A program made the translations under genes and the position numbers. This document shows, one piece after another, positions 44,396 through 53,615 of a stretch of DNA of 64,000 bases. The stretch comes from a phage. The DNA lies in the sequence record PZ445527.1; one strand, written 5' to 3'. The notes below the pieces were generated by a model that made no database searches, was not told the DNA's origin, and worked only from the letters and a program-made list of their open reading frames with translations. Numbering within the stretch: position 1 is the stretch's first letter; each line of letters starts with the position of its first letter.

Positions 44396-47185
44396 GTGTT
44401 TTCTATCCTCCAAGGTCACGCCGGGTTTTCTCGTGATTTAGCAACAGGTATTTGGCGAGAAATCAAAGCGGAAGATTATACCTTTGCCAAGCGATTCTCG
44501 AAAGAGCATCCAGAAGGTAAACCAGCTTCTATGCCCTTCAAATTTGATGTAATAGAAGAGCACGACCCACAAAGCCTTGCAGAAATGTTACCACTTATGA
44601 GACGTTTAACGTCTGACCCTCATATCGTTGCGGTACGAGGTCGATGTCTTGCACCTAAAAATAATGTGCGACGTAAGAAAGATAACTTTAATGTATCTAA
44701 TCCTAGTAATATTATTGCTATGGACGTGGATGGTATCCTAGATACCGGTGGGTACGACAAATTTAACCTTGTTGGTATGGCCCGCCACATTATTAAGATG
44801 TTGAATAGTATTAGTGAGGATATGTTTCCTCTTGATGCAGGCTTTATAGCTCATGCATCGTCTTCGGCTGGGCTAAAACCAGGTATCCGAATGCACTTAA
44901 TGCTAGAATCTAACGTCAAGGTAACTCAGGGTCAGCTAAAGTTCTTATTTACATCTATCAATGATAGTAGTAAGCAAAAATTTGGTTTTGATATTGCCGA
45001 CCTAGCTTATTATTCATCTGTCCAGCTCCACTATTTTGCCAACCCCTTATTTAGCGATGGTATTGTTGATCCGTTTAAAGCGGAGAGTAAGCCACGTCTG
45101 GTGTATGTTAAAGGTTCGAAAGTAAATTTGCCCAATAATCTGGTTGACTATGAAACAACTAGAGGGGAGTTTAAAGAGGAATTCTACTCTTTACTCGATC
45201 AAATTAAAGGCAAAAAGATTGCTTCCGATAAAGTAGAAGAAACCATTAGCGAGTTAGAAGAGGCTGATGATGGAGTGTACTTGCGTATTATCCCCAAACT
45301 ATACCATAGAGCATTAGAGGATGGTGTTGATTTTGAATGGCTAGAACGTGAGATTAAACCAGCTTTATCTGAATATATTGCAACTAAAGATAACAGCCGT
45401 AATATTCAAGATTACTTTAATAACGGTCGTAAGCAGGCTCTCAAAGCGTTTGTTAATAATTCTAAACGTGAGATTCCATTAAATCTGAAAGGTGTTCCAC
45501 TTAAGAAATTAGAAGTGGATTCTCCACCAGAAGTTCCATACCTGAAGATTAACATTGTGCCCCCAAAAGGCCATATAACATTTGTTAAGGCAAGTCTTGG
45601 TACTGGTAAAACTACGGCAGTAACTAAATGGCTGGACGCAGGTGTTCTTCCGGGCAACTTTTTAGCAGTTACAAATACTAGAGCACTGGTATCTTCAAAT
45701 GCTAAGAAATTTAGTGCAGGACAATATGATAAGTCTGTAGATATGCTTAATTTTAAACGTGGAGCTATTGATCGTATGTCCACAACTATTCACTCTTTAC
45801 ATAAGTTCAAAAGTTTTATTGGGCAAATAGACACCATTTTTATTGATGAATGTGACGCTGTAATGAATGACCTATTATTCGCCCCAGTTGTTAAGCAACG
45901 TCGCGAGTGTATTCAAGTTCTACGTGACATCCTCATGACAGCTAAGACTGTAATCTTATCCGATGGTGATATTAGTGCGGAAACAATTGAAGCATATGGT
46001 TCTTTGATTGAGTTCGATAAACCAGTTGCATTCTATAATCATCACCGTAAGATGCTGTCAAAAGCTCATGCTTATGAGTTCCCTGATGAATCTAGTATTT
46101 GGGTTGCACTTCAGACCTCTCTAGAGATGGGTGAGAAATCTATTCTGGTATCTGATTGTGGGCCGGATGAACTGAATGAGAAGGGCATGGCGTTGCGTCG
46201 TAATACGGGTGCGTTAGTTAAGGAAATCCACTCAAACTCTACGTCTGATGTAGATATTCGACGTATTCTGGATTACACAACTAATGAGTTAATTGACCAA
46301 CAAATTGATTGCTTATTATGTAGTCCATCCGTAACGAGTGGTGTTGACTTCAACTATTTTGATAACGTATTCGTTATTACTAGAACCTCAAACCAAGCGC
46401 CAAACATGCGTTTTCAAGCAATCAGGCGCGACCGTGGTGCTCAGAATATCTATTATTTTATTGATAAATCCACTAGTGGGTTCTCTGCAGGTTCTGAACA
46501 ATATAATATTGATGAAGGTTGGCTGGAGTTAGCACAGCAATTATACGCACGTCGCAGAGAGCTGGAATCTAGGAACTATACTAGTACTTTACGTTATTAT
46601 TTGCTTGATCAGGGTGCAACTATTGATATTTTCAGCGAAAGCTGGGGAACTATTGAAGGTGCTGGTAAAGAGTACACAGAAGAGCGAATCAAAGCTATTC
46701 TGCACTCAACTCCTGATTATTGTGCTCCACGTCATGCGGATGCGTATGAAGCTAAACTACTTCTTGTCCGCTATTATCATCTTGAGTCTATTAAAGATGT
46801 AACAGTTGAGCATGTTGAACAATATATCAAAGATAAGCCGAATGATCGAGCTGCATTCTTCCATAAGATGCACGAGATGTTCTGGGAAGATATTAAGAAG
46901 TGTTCAAATGTGACCATTAAACCATTCATAGAAGCTCTGAAGGGTAAGAAGAAGGACTTCTTCCTTAAAACAGGTCAGAGTGCTAACCCAAAATATGCTA
47001 GAATGTATCTTGGTATGATGGGTATTGGTAAGGATATGAACACTGAAAATATTGTAGACTGGTACAGAACCTATTGTAAAATCGAGTGTATGCCAATTCC
47101 TTTCAAATTCATGACAGAGGAAGAGAAGGCTATGGCAGAAGAAGTAATGTCAGAGCTAGGTGCTAGAAATGACAGTGAAGAATAA
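44396..47185 (+). CDS. large replication-associated P-loop protein (T5 D2-like)
   Basis: 929 aa; GTG start 7 nt after CAGGAG RBS; Walker A ASLGTGKTT and Walker B FIDECD; position upstream of ligase/helicase/primase/polymerase. Confidence 0.65.
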   Translation: MFSILQGHAGFSRDLATGIWREIKAEDYTFAKRFSKEHPEGKPASMPFKFDVIEEHDPQSLAEMLPLMRRLTSDPHIVAVRGRCLAPKNNVRRKKDNFNVSNPSNIIAMDVDGILDTGGYDKFNLVGMARHIIKMLNSISEDMFPLDAGFIAHASSSAGLKPGIRMHLMLESNVKVTQGQLKFLFTSINDSSKQKFGFDIADLAYYSSVQLHYFANPLFSDGIVDPFKAESKPRLVYVKGSKVNLPNNLVDYETTRGEFKEEFYSLLDQIKGKKIASDKVEETISELEEADDGVYLRIIPKLYHRALEDGVDFEWLEREIKPALSEYIATKDNSRNIQDYFNNGRKQALKAFVNNSKREIPLNLKGVPLKKLEVDSPPEVPYLKINIVPPKGHITFVKASLGTGKTTAVTKWLDAGVLPGNFLAVTNTRALVSSNAKKFSAGQYDKSVDMLNFKRGAIDRMSTTIHSLHKFKSFIGQIDTIFIDECDAVMNDLLFAPVVKQRRECIQVLRDILMTAKTVILSDGDISAETIEAYGSLIEFDKPVAFYNHHRKMLSKAHAYEFPDESSIWVALQTSLEMGEKSILVSDCGPDELNEKGMALRRNTGALVKEIHSNSTSDVDIRRILDYTTNELIDQQIDCLLCSPSVTSGVDFNYFDNVFVITRTSNQAPNMRFQAIRRDRGAQNIYYFIDKSTSGFSAGSEQYNIDEGWLELAQQLYARRRELESRNYTSTLRYYLLDQGATIDIFSESWGTIEGAGKEYTEERIKAILHSTPDYCAPRHADAYEAKLLLVRYYHLESIKDVTVEHVEQYIKDKPNDRAAFFHKMHEMFWEDIKKCSNVTIKPFIEALKGKKKDFFLKTGQSANPKYARMYLGMMGIGKDMNTENIVDWYRTYCKIECMPIPFKFMTEEEKAMAEEVMSELGARNDSEE

Positions 47186-47402
47186 AAAATGGGAAACAAG
47201 GAAGCTTCCAGTAAAAGAACGTAAAGTTCCTGTTTATGATACTTCGGAAAAGCTATGTAGGGTGGTTCCTGCTAGACTAGCTGGCATCCCTAACATATCC
47301 GAGTGGTTACTTAAACAACGGAGGACTAACGTATCTCTTCGCATAGGGTTTGAGTTAGATAAAGTATATGCTGAACTTTCTTCTTTGCTCAAGGAACAAT
47401 AA
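47169..47402 (+). CDS. small basic protein
   Basis: ORF 47160..47402 fills the gap between the large protein and the HNH gene; ATG at 47169 after AGGTG. Confidence 0.35.
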   Translation: MTVKNKKWETRKLPVKERKVPVYDTSEKLCRVVPARLAGIPNISEWLLKQRRTNVSLRIGFELDKVYAELSSLLKEQ

Positions 47403-47974
47403 TGTTTATAAGAATTCCTAAATTTCCTGACTATGCAGTGAATGAAAATGGAGAGGTGTATTCTTTTCTCTCCTACAAGTTTCTTACTCCAGGTCAAAAT
47501 ACTGCTGGGTACTTACAAGTTAATTTAATGAAGGACGGTCCCCCTATAAATATGAGGGTGCATAGGTTAGTAGCCTATTGTTTTGGACTACTTCCTGGGT
47601 TAGAATCAGAATTGGTAGTAGACCATATAAATGATGATAAGTTAGATCCTAGACTATCTAACTTGCAGGTATTAACCTACAGAGCTAATGCAATAAAATT
47701 TCATAATAAAAATTGGAGAGAACATCCAGATTTCCTAGTAGAAATTAAGAAATTAGAAAGTATGGGCATAACTAAAGCAGCTGCATCCTATAGGCGCAAG
47801 GCTATGCTTAAATACATTGTGGCTGTTCCCTCTAGTGATACTCTAACCTTAGAATTAATAGAATCTACATATCAGAAAACCAATTCTTGGAGAAAAACTG
47901 CTAGAGTGCTTGGATTTAAAAGCGCCCCAGCTATTCTTTATAGATATAACAAGCTGAAAGCAGCTTCTTTATAA
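47402..47974 (+). CDS. HNH homing endonuclease
   Basis: 190 aa; HRLVAYCFGLLPGLESELVVDHINDDKLDPRLSNLQ HNH motif. Confidence 0.7.
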   Translation: MFIRIPKFPDYAVNENGEVYSFLSYKFLTPGQNTAGYLQVNLMKDGPPINMRVHRLVAYCFGLLPGLESELVVDHINDDKLDPRLSNLQVLTYRANAIKFHNKNWREHPDFLVEIKKLESMGITKAAASYRRKAMLKYIVAVPSSDTLTLELIESTYQKTNSWRKTARVLGFKSAPAILYRYNKLKAASL

Positions 47975-47980
47975 ATTTAT

Positions 47981-48009
47981 TTGCATAGTTCAAAAAATTT
48001 CTGTATAAT
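47981..48009 (+). promoter_or_regulatory. sigma70 promoter, close match to T5 PN25
   Basis: TTGCAT, 17 nt spacer, TATAAT, AGATTCATAAATTTGAGAGAGGAGTTTAAATATG; this leader and ATGGCCGGTTCTCGCAGAAAG start match the T5 N25 promoter region as I recall it. Confidence 0.8.
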
Positions 48010-48040
48010 AGATTCATAAATTTGAGAGAGGAGTTTAAAT

Positions 48041-48745
48041 ATGGCCGGTTCTCGCAGAAAGAAACATATCCATGAAATCCCGGATGAAGTCTTTAAAAAA
48101 GTTATAGAGCATCTGGAGAACGGTGGTACTAAGAAAGCAGCATGTGAAATGCTCGGCGTATCATCCAATCCGACTATGGAAAGGATGATAGAAGAGTGGC
48201 AAGATCGCCAAATTCAAGTTGCCGAGATGAAGAAAAAGAAACGTGGTACACTCATTGAAGGTATTGAGTTGGCCAACGTTATTGAACAGTATCTATCTGG
48301 TGATTCTTTTGAAGAGATTGCCGATCGTAATTACCGCTCTGTAGCAATGGTTAAATCCGTTCTGGAACGCTATGGTGCTCTGCTTCGTTTGAACGATATT
48401 GTAGATCCATTGAATCCACCAATTATTCCTGATGATGCTGTAGCAGAAGAATTTGAGGTAGGTGAGCTTGTTTGGGTTCCTGGATACCAGTGTATCGGTG
48501 AAATCAAAAAAGCAATGGATAACCCTGTTGGTTGTTACCGTGTATGGCTTCTATCAGAAGGCAAACAACAGAACGTTCATTATATGAATTATGAATTAGC
48601 TTCTGTAAAGCATTTGGAAAAGCTAGGGGTAGACGTAAAATCTCTGGGGTATAAATGGTCCCGGGAAGAAGTTATCACACTGATTAACGAAGCTGTTAAG
48701 GCCGCCTTGAAACTTGATAAAGAAAAAGGAAAACGCCGTGAGTAG
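48041..48745 (+). CDS. early protein with helix-turn-helix-like region
   Basis: 234 aa directly behind the PN25-like promoter; N-terminal GGTKKAACEMLGVS looks HTH-like. Confidence 0.6.
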   Translation: MAGSRRKKHIHEIPDEVFKKVIEHLENGGTKKAACEMLGVSSNPTMERMIEEWQDRQIQVAEMKKKKRGTLIEGIELANVIEQYLSGDSFEEIADRNYRSVAMVKSVLERYGALLRLNDIVDPLNPPIIPDDAVAEEFEVGELVWVPGYQCIGEIKKAMDNPVGCYRVWLLSEGKQQNVHYMNYELASVKHLEKLGVDVKSLGYKWSREEVITLINEAVKAALKLDKEKGKRRE

Positions 48746-48974
48746 ACTAACTGATTTACTTAAAGATGGAGATGTAAAATATCTCCAACGGGATAGCTGG
48801 GAAAATAATAAAGAGTATACTGTACTATTGAAGTTTGACGTAGACAGTAATACTGTACGCCAATACGTGTGGATGCCTTCAGACACTACTCTGCTGCCTA
48901 GTGATGAAGAGGTTGAATTAACACTAGATGAAGCTCTAGCGGATGATTGGGAGATTGTTGAGCTAGATGTGTAG
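48738..48974 (+). CDS. hypothetical protein
   Basis: ORF 48714..48974; GTG at 48738 follows AAGGAAA RBS. Confidence 0.4.
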   Translation: MSRLTDLLKDGDVKYLQRDSWENNKEYTVLLKFDVDSNTVRQYVWMPSDTTLLPSDEEVELTLDEALADDWEIVELDV

Positions 48975-48995
48975 CAATTACCGAAAAATTTCAGT

Positions 48996-49024
48996 TGCTT
49001 AATCCTACAATTCTTGATATAATA
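48996..49024 (+). promoter_or_regulatory. sigma70 promoter
   Basis: TTGCTT, 17 nt spacer, TATAAT. Confidence 0.65.
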
Positions 49025-49080
49025 TTCTCATAGTTTGAAAGAACTATTCTGTTTAATTCTTAATTAAGGAAATATAAAAT

Positions 49081-49491
49081 ATGACTACTCCAACTCAGTG
49101 GACTGATGAACTGTTCGAAAAAATGTCTTCCGAATATGTTGCTCGTATGGAGCAATTCCCAGAGGATGAACGTCCGAGTGTTAGCATGGAAATTGTTAGC
49201 GAAATTGCCCAGGAAAATGGTGTAACTCCGAACGGTTTTCGTATGAAGCTGACTAAAGCAGGTTTGTATATCAAGAAAGCTGCTGGTTCTACTTCTAAAT
49301 CTAGCGCATCTACTGGAGAAAAAGCTTCCGGTGGTTCTCGTACCTCCAAAGCCCAGGCCCATGCCGACCTTCGTTCAGCATTCTCTGACGCTGGCTTAGC
49401 ACCAGATTTTCTGGATGACGCAATTATCGACAAACTGACCGGTAAAGCGGCCGCTCATCTGGCAGAAGCAATCCGAGCTATCACTAAGTAA
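49081..49491 (+). CDS. hypothetical protein
   Basis: 136 aa; Ser/Ala-rich low-complexity middle. Confidence 0.55.
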   Translation: MTTPTQWTDELFEKMSSEYVARMEQFPEDERPSVSMEIVSEIAQENGVTPNGFRMKLTKAGLYIKKAAGSTSKSSASTGEKASGGSRTSKAQAHADLRSAFSDAGLAPDFLDDAIIDKLTGKAAAHLAEAIRAITK

Positions 49492-49505
49492 TAGGGAGAT
49501 TATAC

Positions 49506-49793
49506 ATGAACAAACAAGAAATTATCTCCGCATGTGAAGCCTATAATGAATTCTATCTCCATTATGAGAAACTACGCCAAAAAGGTACTACGTATCTTCA
49601 GGGTACTATGGATTTTTCTGATAAGTACCTAAGTAAACGTTTTGCCCAGGAGCGTATCCGTCAACCAAAAGATGACGAAATTCTAGTGTTTAGTCGCACT
49701 AATGACAGCTTCCGTTTTATTCCTGTAGCGAAAGTTCGTCGTGTGACTAGCCTCCAATCAGAGTTAGATCGTGCTTCTCCAGTAGGCCGATAA
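49506..49793 (+). CDS. hypothetical protein
   Basis: 95 aa ORF followed by hairpin terminator. Confidence 0.5.
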   Translation: MNKQEIISACEAYNEFYLHYEKLRQKGTTYLQGTMDFSDKYLSKRFAQERIRQPKDDEILVFSRTNDSFRFIPVAKVRRVTSLQSELDRASPVGR

Positions 49794-49803
49794 GAAAACA
49801 ATT

Positions 49804-49828
49804 AGCCCCTATATGGGGCTTTTTGTGT
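49804..49828 (+). terminator. rho-independent terminator
   Basis: Hairpin AGCCCC...GGGGCT followed by TTTTTGTG. Confidence 0.6.
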
Positions 49829-49843
49829 ATTTGGGATATGTAA

Positions 49844-50152
49844 ATGAGCGAACAGGTAAATCAAAACTATGAGGGACACGTTGATGACCAGTCCATCATA
49901 CTTTGGGAGAAGGAGGGGGAACAAGTAAGATTAACAGTATCTGAATTTCGTGGGAATCTATACATGGGTATTCGTTACTGGCTTCTTGATATTAATGATG
50001 AGTGGTTTCCAACGAAATCTGGCTTCTCTTTTCCTTACACCCTAGAAACAACATCACAGCTTTTCTATGCGTTTACACAGATTCTTAGCGAATCTGAGGT
50101 TTTACATGAAGTACAGAAACGAGCTGAAGAACTCAAAGCCAAGAATGCCTAG
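49844..50152 (+). CDS. hypothetical protein
   Basis: 102 aa ORF. Confidence 0.5.
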   Translation: MSEQVNQNYEGHVDDQSIILWEKEGEQVRLTVSEFRGNLYMGIRYWLLDINDEWFPTKSGFSFPYTLETTSQLFYAFTQILSESEVLHEVQKRAEELKAKNA

Positions 50153-50169
50153 TTCTTGGCTTTTTCTTT
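50138..50169 (+). terminator. rho-independent terminator
   Basis: Hairpin GCCAAGAA...TTCTTGGC followed by TTTTTCTTT. Confidence 0.65.
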
Positions 50170-50179
50170 ATAAATGTAT

Positions 50180-50208
50180 TTGCTTTCAACTCAGTTTTGT
50201 TATATAAT
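50180..50208 (+). promoter_or_regulatory. sigma70 promoter upstream of ligase A
   Basis: TTGCTT, 17 nt spacer, TATAAT. Confidence 0.7.
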
Positions 50209-50239
50209 ATTTATATAAATTAATGAGAGATATAAATAA

Positions 50240-51211
50240 ATGACTAATGTAAAAGAATTTATTAAACGCTGTCAAGAAGCATATTATCAAGGCATGTCTT
50301 TAATCTCTGATGAAGAATATGATCGTCTGGTAAAACGCTTCCCGTTAGAGGAAGAGATCGGGCCTAAGGGTGATATTCCACACCTATATCGTATGTATTC
50401 TTTACAGAAAGTTTATTATAATCGTGGGGATAAACCACCATTCAATCCTTTAGGTCAGGTGGAAACCGATAAGTTAGATGGTTGTGCAATTTCTCTGCTA
50501 TATATTAACGGTGAATTTGTTCAAGCATTAACCCGTGGTAACGGTATTCTGGGGAATGATGTCACAAGCAACGTAAGATTGCTGAACATCCCTAAAAAGA
50601 TTTCCCAAAAAGTACCTACCCAAATCACTGGTGAAGTTCTAATTACAAAGGAAGTAGAAAATAAACGTAACTTTGCCTCTGGTGCTATTAACCTCAAAGA
50701 TAGCAATGATTTTGTACAACGCATTGGAGAAGGCGGTTTAATTTTTGTTGCTTATGGTATCCAATGTTCTGCTGAATCTGTAGGTATTACAGAAGCATAC
50801 TTAAAAGATATGCTTTGGCTAGAGAATGAGAACTTCTTAACAGTTGTTAATGTACGTTCCTTCTTTAAATGGATTCCAACCGACGGTAAAGTTGTTCGTA
50901 TTAATGATAATAATAAATTCTTCCGCGAAGGGTGGACTAATAAATTCCCTCGTGGAGCATTCGCTATTAAAGAGGATGAAGAAGGCGAGATTACAACTCT
51001 TACTAAAGTTGAATGGGCGACAGGAGCGTCTGGTAAAGTAACTCCAGTTGGTTATTTCGAACCGGTAATTATTGATGATGCAGTTATTACAAAAGCCACC
51101 CTTAATAATGTAGATTATATTAAATCACTAGATTTAGAGATCGGATGTCAGATTAGAGTAGTACGTGCAGGCGGTGTGATACCAAAGATTGTGGAAAGAG
51201 TTTATGAATAG
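50240..51211 (+). CDS. ligA: NAD-dependent DNA ligase, N-terminal part (adenylation and OB domains)
   Basis: 323 aa; adenylation motif KLDGCAISL; ends where bacterial LigA continues into its Zn finger. Confidence 0.85.
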   Translation: MTNVKEFIKRCQEAYYQGMSLISDEEYDRLVKRFPLEEEIGPKGDIPHLYRMYSLQKVYYNRGDKPPFNPLGQVETDKLDGCAISLLYINGEFVQALTRGNGILGNDVTSNVRLLNIPKKISQKVPTQITGEVLITKEVENKRNFASGAINLKDSNDFVQRIGEGGLIFVAYGIQCSAESVGITEAYLKDMLWLENENFLTVVNVRSFFKWIPTDGKVVRINDNNKFFREGWTNKFPRGAFAIKEDEEGEITTLTKVEWATGASGKVTPVGYFEPVIIDDAVITKATLNNVDYIKSLDLEIGCQIRVVRAGGVIPKIVERVYE

Positions 51212-51845
51212 CGGAGTTTATCCACTGATAGTAAAAGGATATAAATATGTTGGCTATTCCAGAAATATTGATAGAAGGTTTAAGGAGCATACATATACTT
51301 ATGTTACTAATCTAGGTCATATAGACTCCCATATCCCGAGAAACTTACTAGGTGTACAGGTACAGAAGTCAGATATAAGCATAGAAATTCTAGAGTATAT
51401 TTCTCCGGAAGAGAGTACTGATGTATTTTTAAGGGCAGAAGATTTGTGGATACAGAGGATTTGTCCAGAGCTAAATACAAACGTTCCTTTATCTAACTTA
51501 GTCGAAGCAGTAGAATATTGTATTTCAAACCCATCTGAAACGTATAAATCAGCGGCCTCAAAGTTCAACATTACACCTAAAATGTTAGAGCATGTTGCCT
51601 CTGGAGGATATAACTCCTTAGGATGCATTTTATCAAGAAGTACTTTAGAACTATTTCGTAGTAAGAAATATAAAGAACTAATATTAGTACACGAAAATGG
51701 GGCTAGGTTTGTAGCGACGTCTTACCTTGAATTACATAGATTATCTGGGCTAGATAGGCATAGAATATCTGACCTACATAAAGGCAAGTACCCCACCTTT
51801 AAAGGGTGGACCCTTTTAACCCCATCTACCATATCGGAATTATAA
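51204..51845 (+). CDS. GIY-YIG homing endonuclease
   Basis: ORF 51189..51845; GVYPLIVKGYKYVGYSRNIDRRFKEH GIY-YIG motif; start at MNSG Met overlapping ligA end. Confidence 0.75.
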   Translation: MNSGVYPLIVKGYKYVGYSRNIDRRFKEHTYTYVTNLGHIDSHIPRNLLGVQVQKSDISIEILEYISPEESTDVFLRAEDLWIQRICPELNTNVPLSNLVEAVEYCISNPSETYKSAASKFNITPKMLEHVASGGYNSLGCILSRSTLELFRSKKYKELILVHENGARFVATSYLELHRLSGLDRHRISDLHKGKYPTFKGWTLLTPSTISEL

Positions 51846-51946
51846 AGTGGTTATTGACATTTTCGCCGCTTAGGTATATACTATTATCATTCAGTTGAGG
51901 GATAGAAAGTTATGGCGAGGGTAAGCAAAGTTAATTAAAATTGTAG

Positions 51947-51975
51947 TTGCTAAATGCTTAAATACTTGCTATAAT
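51947..51975 (+). promoter_or_regulatory. sigma70 promoter upstream of ligase B
   Basis: TTGCTA, 17 nt spacer, TATAAT, leader ATTTATATAAATTGATAAGGAAG. Confidence 0.7.
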
Positions 51976-52002
51976 ATTTATATAAATTGATAAGGAAGAA
52001 AT

Positions 52003-52773
52003 TTGATGAAAATCGAAATTCCAACACAATGTCCCTCTTGTGGTTCTAAGCTAGATCTTGTCAACGGACAATTATTCTGTCGTAATAAGTCCAACTGTCC
52101 AGCGCAATCAAGTAAGTTAATTGAGAACTTCTGTACAAAAATGAAGTTAAAGGGCTTTGGCCCAAAAACTATTGAGAAGCTGGAGCTGACGAAGATTTCA
52201 GAACTATTTTACCTAACCGAAGAAGATTTGGTTAGAGCCGTGGGTAGCAAGGTTGCCGCTAAGTTAATTAGCGAATTAAATACTAAAGTTCGCGGAGACA
52301 TTGACTTTGGTTCAGTTCTCGGTTCTTTAGGAATCCCTCTGATTGGAGAGGTTGCAGCAAAGAAATTATCCCAAAATTGCACTAGCTTCCACGATGTGAA
52401 GGCTGACGGCAAGGCTGGAGAAAACTATAAAGCCTGGCTAAATTCCCCACAAGGCAAGGATGTAATCGAATTACCGTGGAAATTCTCAAAGGGTGTTAAA
52501 GCTGACATCATTACTGATGGTCTAGTAGCTCAACCAAATGGAATCGCGGTATGTATTACCGGATCTTTGCAAGATTTTGCAAATAGAACGGATGCAACAA
52601 ACTATTTAGAAAGTCTAGGGTATACGGTTAAGAAATCCGTTACTAAAGACGTCAAATACCTAATCTGTGAGGATGAATCAAAACGTTCTTCCTCATCTTA
52701 TAAGAAAGCCGAAACGAATGGGATAGAAATCCTGTCGATTAAAGAACTATTGGAGAAAAATAATAATGTCTAA
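52003..52773 (+). CDS. ligB: NAD-dependent DNA ligase, C-terminal part (Zn finger, HhH, BRCT)
   Basis: 256 aa; begins with Zn-finger Cys cluster CPSCGS...C...C corresponding to the LigA Zn finger. Confidence 0.85.
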   Translation: MMKIEIPTQCPSCGSKLDLVNGQLFCRNKSNCPAQSSKLIENFCTKMKLKGFGPKTIEKLELTKISELFYLTEEDLVRAVGSKVAAKLISELNTKVRGDIDFGSVLGSLGIPLIGEVAAKKLSQNCTSFHDVKADGKAGENYKAWLNSPQGKDVIELPWKFSKGVKADIITDGLVAQPNGIAVCITGSLQDFANRTDATNYLESLGYTVKKSVTKDVKYLICEDESKRSSSSYKKAETNGIEILSIKELLEKNNNV

Positions 52774-53533
52774 ACTGAACTGGAACGTAGAAGGTGTAAC
52801 CGAGTCTCTGAAAGCAAAAGCCACTGCTCTGGGTGTTGCTGTAATCTCTCAAGAACAAGTAGCTGCTATCGCTGCTGAACTGGCCGCTGAAACTGGTAAA
52901 GATGTTACCGCTCGCTCTGTTGGCTCTAAACTGCGTAAAGAAGGTTTTGAAGTACAAAAAGCTAACGAAGTACAGAAATCCCCGTGGACTCCTGAGCAGG
53001 AAGCTGAACTGGTTGATTTCCTGAACGCTCATGCTGGTCAGTATACCTATGCTGAAATCGCTGCTGCTGTAGCTGGTGGTCAGTTCGGTGCTAAGCAGGT
53101 ACAGGGTAAGATTCTGAGTCTGGAAATGACCGCTTCTGTTAAACCAACCGAAAAAGCTGCTGCTGTTCGTTCCTTCACTCCGGATGAAGAAACTGATTTT
53201 GTTAATCAGGTTGTTGCTGGTGCTACTATTGAAGCTATCGCTGCTCACTTCGGTCGTAATATCAAGCAGATCCGTGGTAAAGCTCTGAGCCTGCTTCGTG
53301 AAGGTCGTATCGCTGCTATGCCGGTACAGGAAACCTCAAGTGCTAAAACTCGTGAAGATCTGTTAGAAGGTCTGGATCTGGTTAACATGACTGTTGCTGA
53401 GATCGCTGAGAAAACTGGTAAGTCTGAGCGTGGTGTTAAATCTATGCTGTCTCGTCGTGGTCTGGTTGCTAAGGACTATGATGGTGCCGCTAAGCGTGCT
53501 AAACTGGATGCAAAAGCTGCGGCTGCTGAATAA
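52766..53533 (+). CDS. abundant DNA-binding protein (T5 D5-like), tentative
   Basis: 255 aa, Ala-rich; three internal repeats of a short HTH-like motif; strongly biased codon use. Confidence 0.55.
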   Translation: MSKLNWNVEGVTESLKAKATALGVAVISQEQVAAIAAELAAETGKDVTARSVGSKLRKEGFEVQKANEVQKSPWTPEQEAELVDFLNAHAGQYTYAEIAAAVAGGQFGAKQVQGKILSLEMTASVKPTEKAAAVRSFTPDEETDFVNQVVAGATIEAIAAHFGRNIKQIRGKALSLLREGRIAAMPVQETSSAKTREDLLEGLDLVNMTVAEIAEKTGKSERGVKSMLSRRGLVAKDYDGAAKRAKLDAKAAAAE

Positions 53534-53615
53534 TCTGGTAAATTAAACCTAAGGGGTGGGGGCTATGCCTCTACCCCTTTTTGCATTTAGAAGGCACGAA
53601 AGCGTGCAAAGGAGA

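Noticed and set aside
45412-46802. ORFs 45412..45783 (minus), 46338..46532 and 46605..46802 (plus)
   Set aside because: Embedded in the 929 aa replication-protein gene; alternative-frame artefacts.
51212-52002. Possible group I intron splitting the ligase
   Set aside because: The interval holds a free-standing GIY-YIG gene with its own stop and a complete sigma70 promoter plus RBS immediately before ligB; no intron-like core noticed. Could not be fully excluded without structure search.
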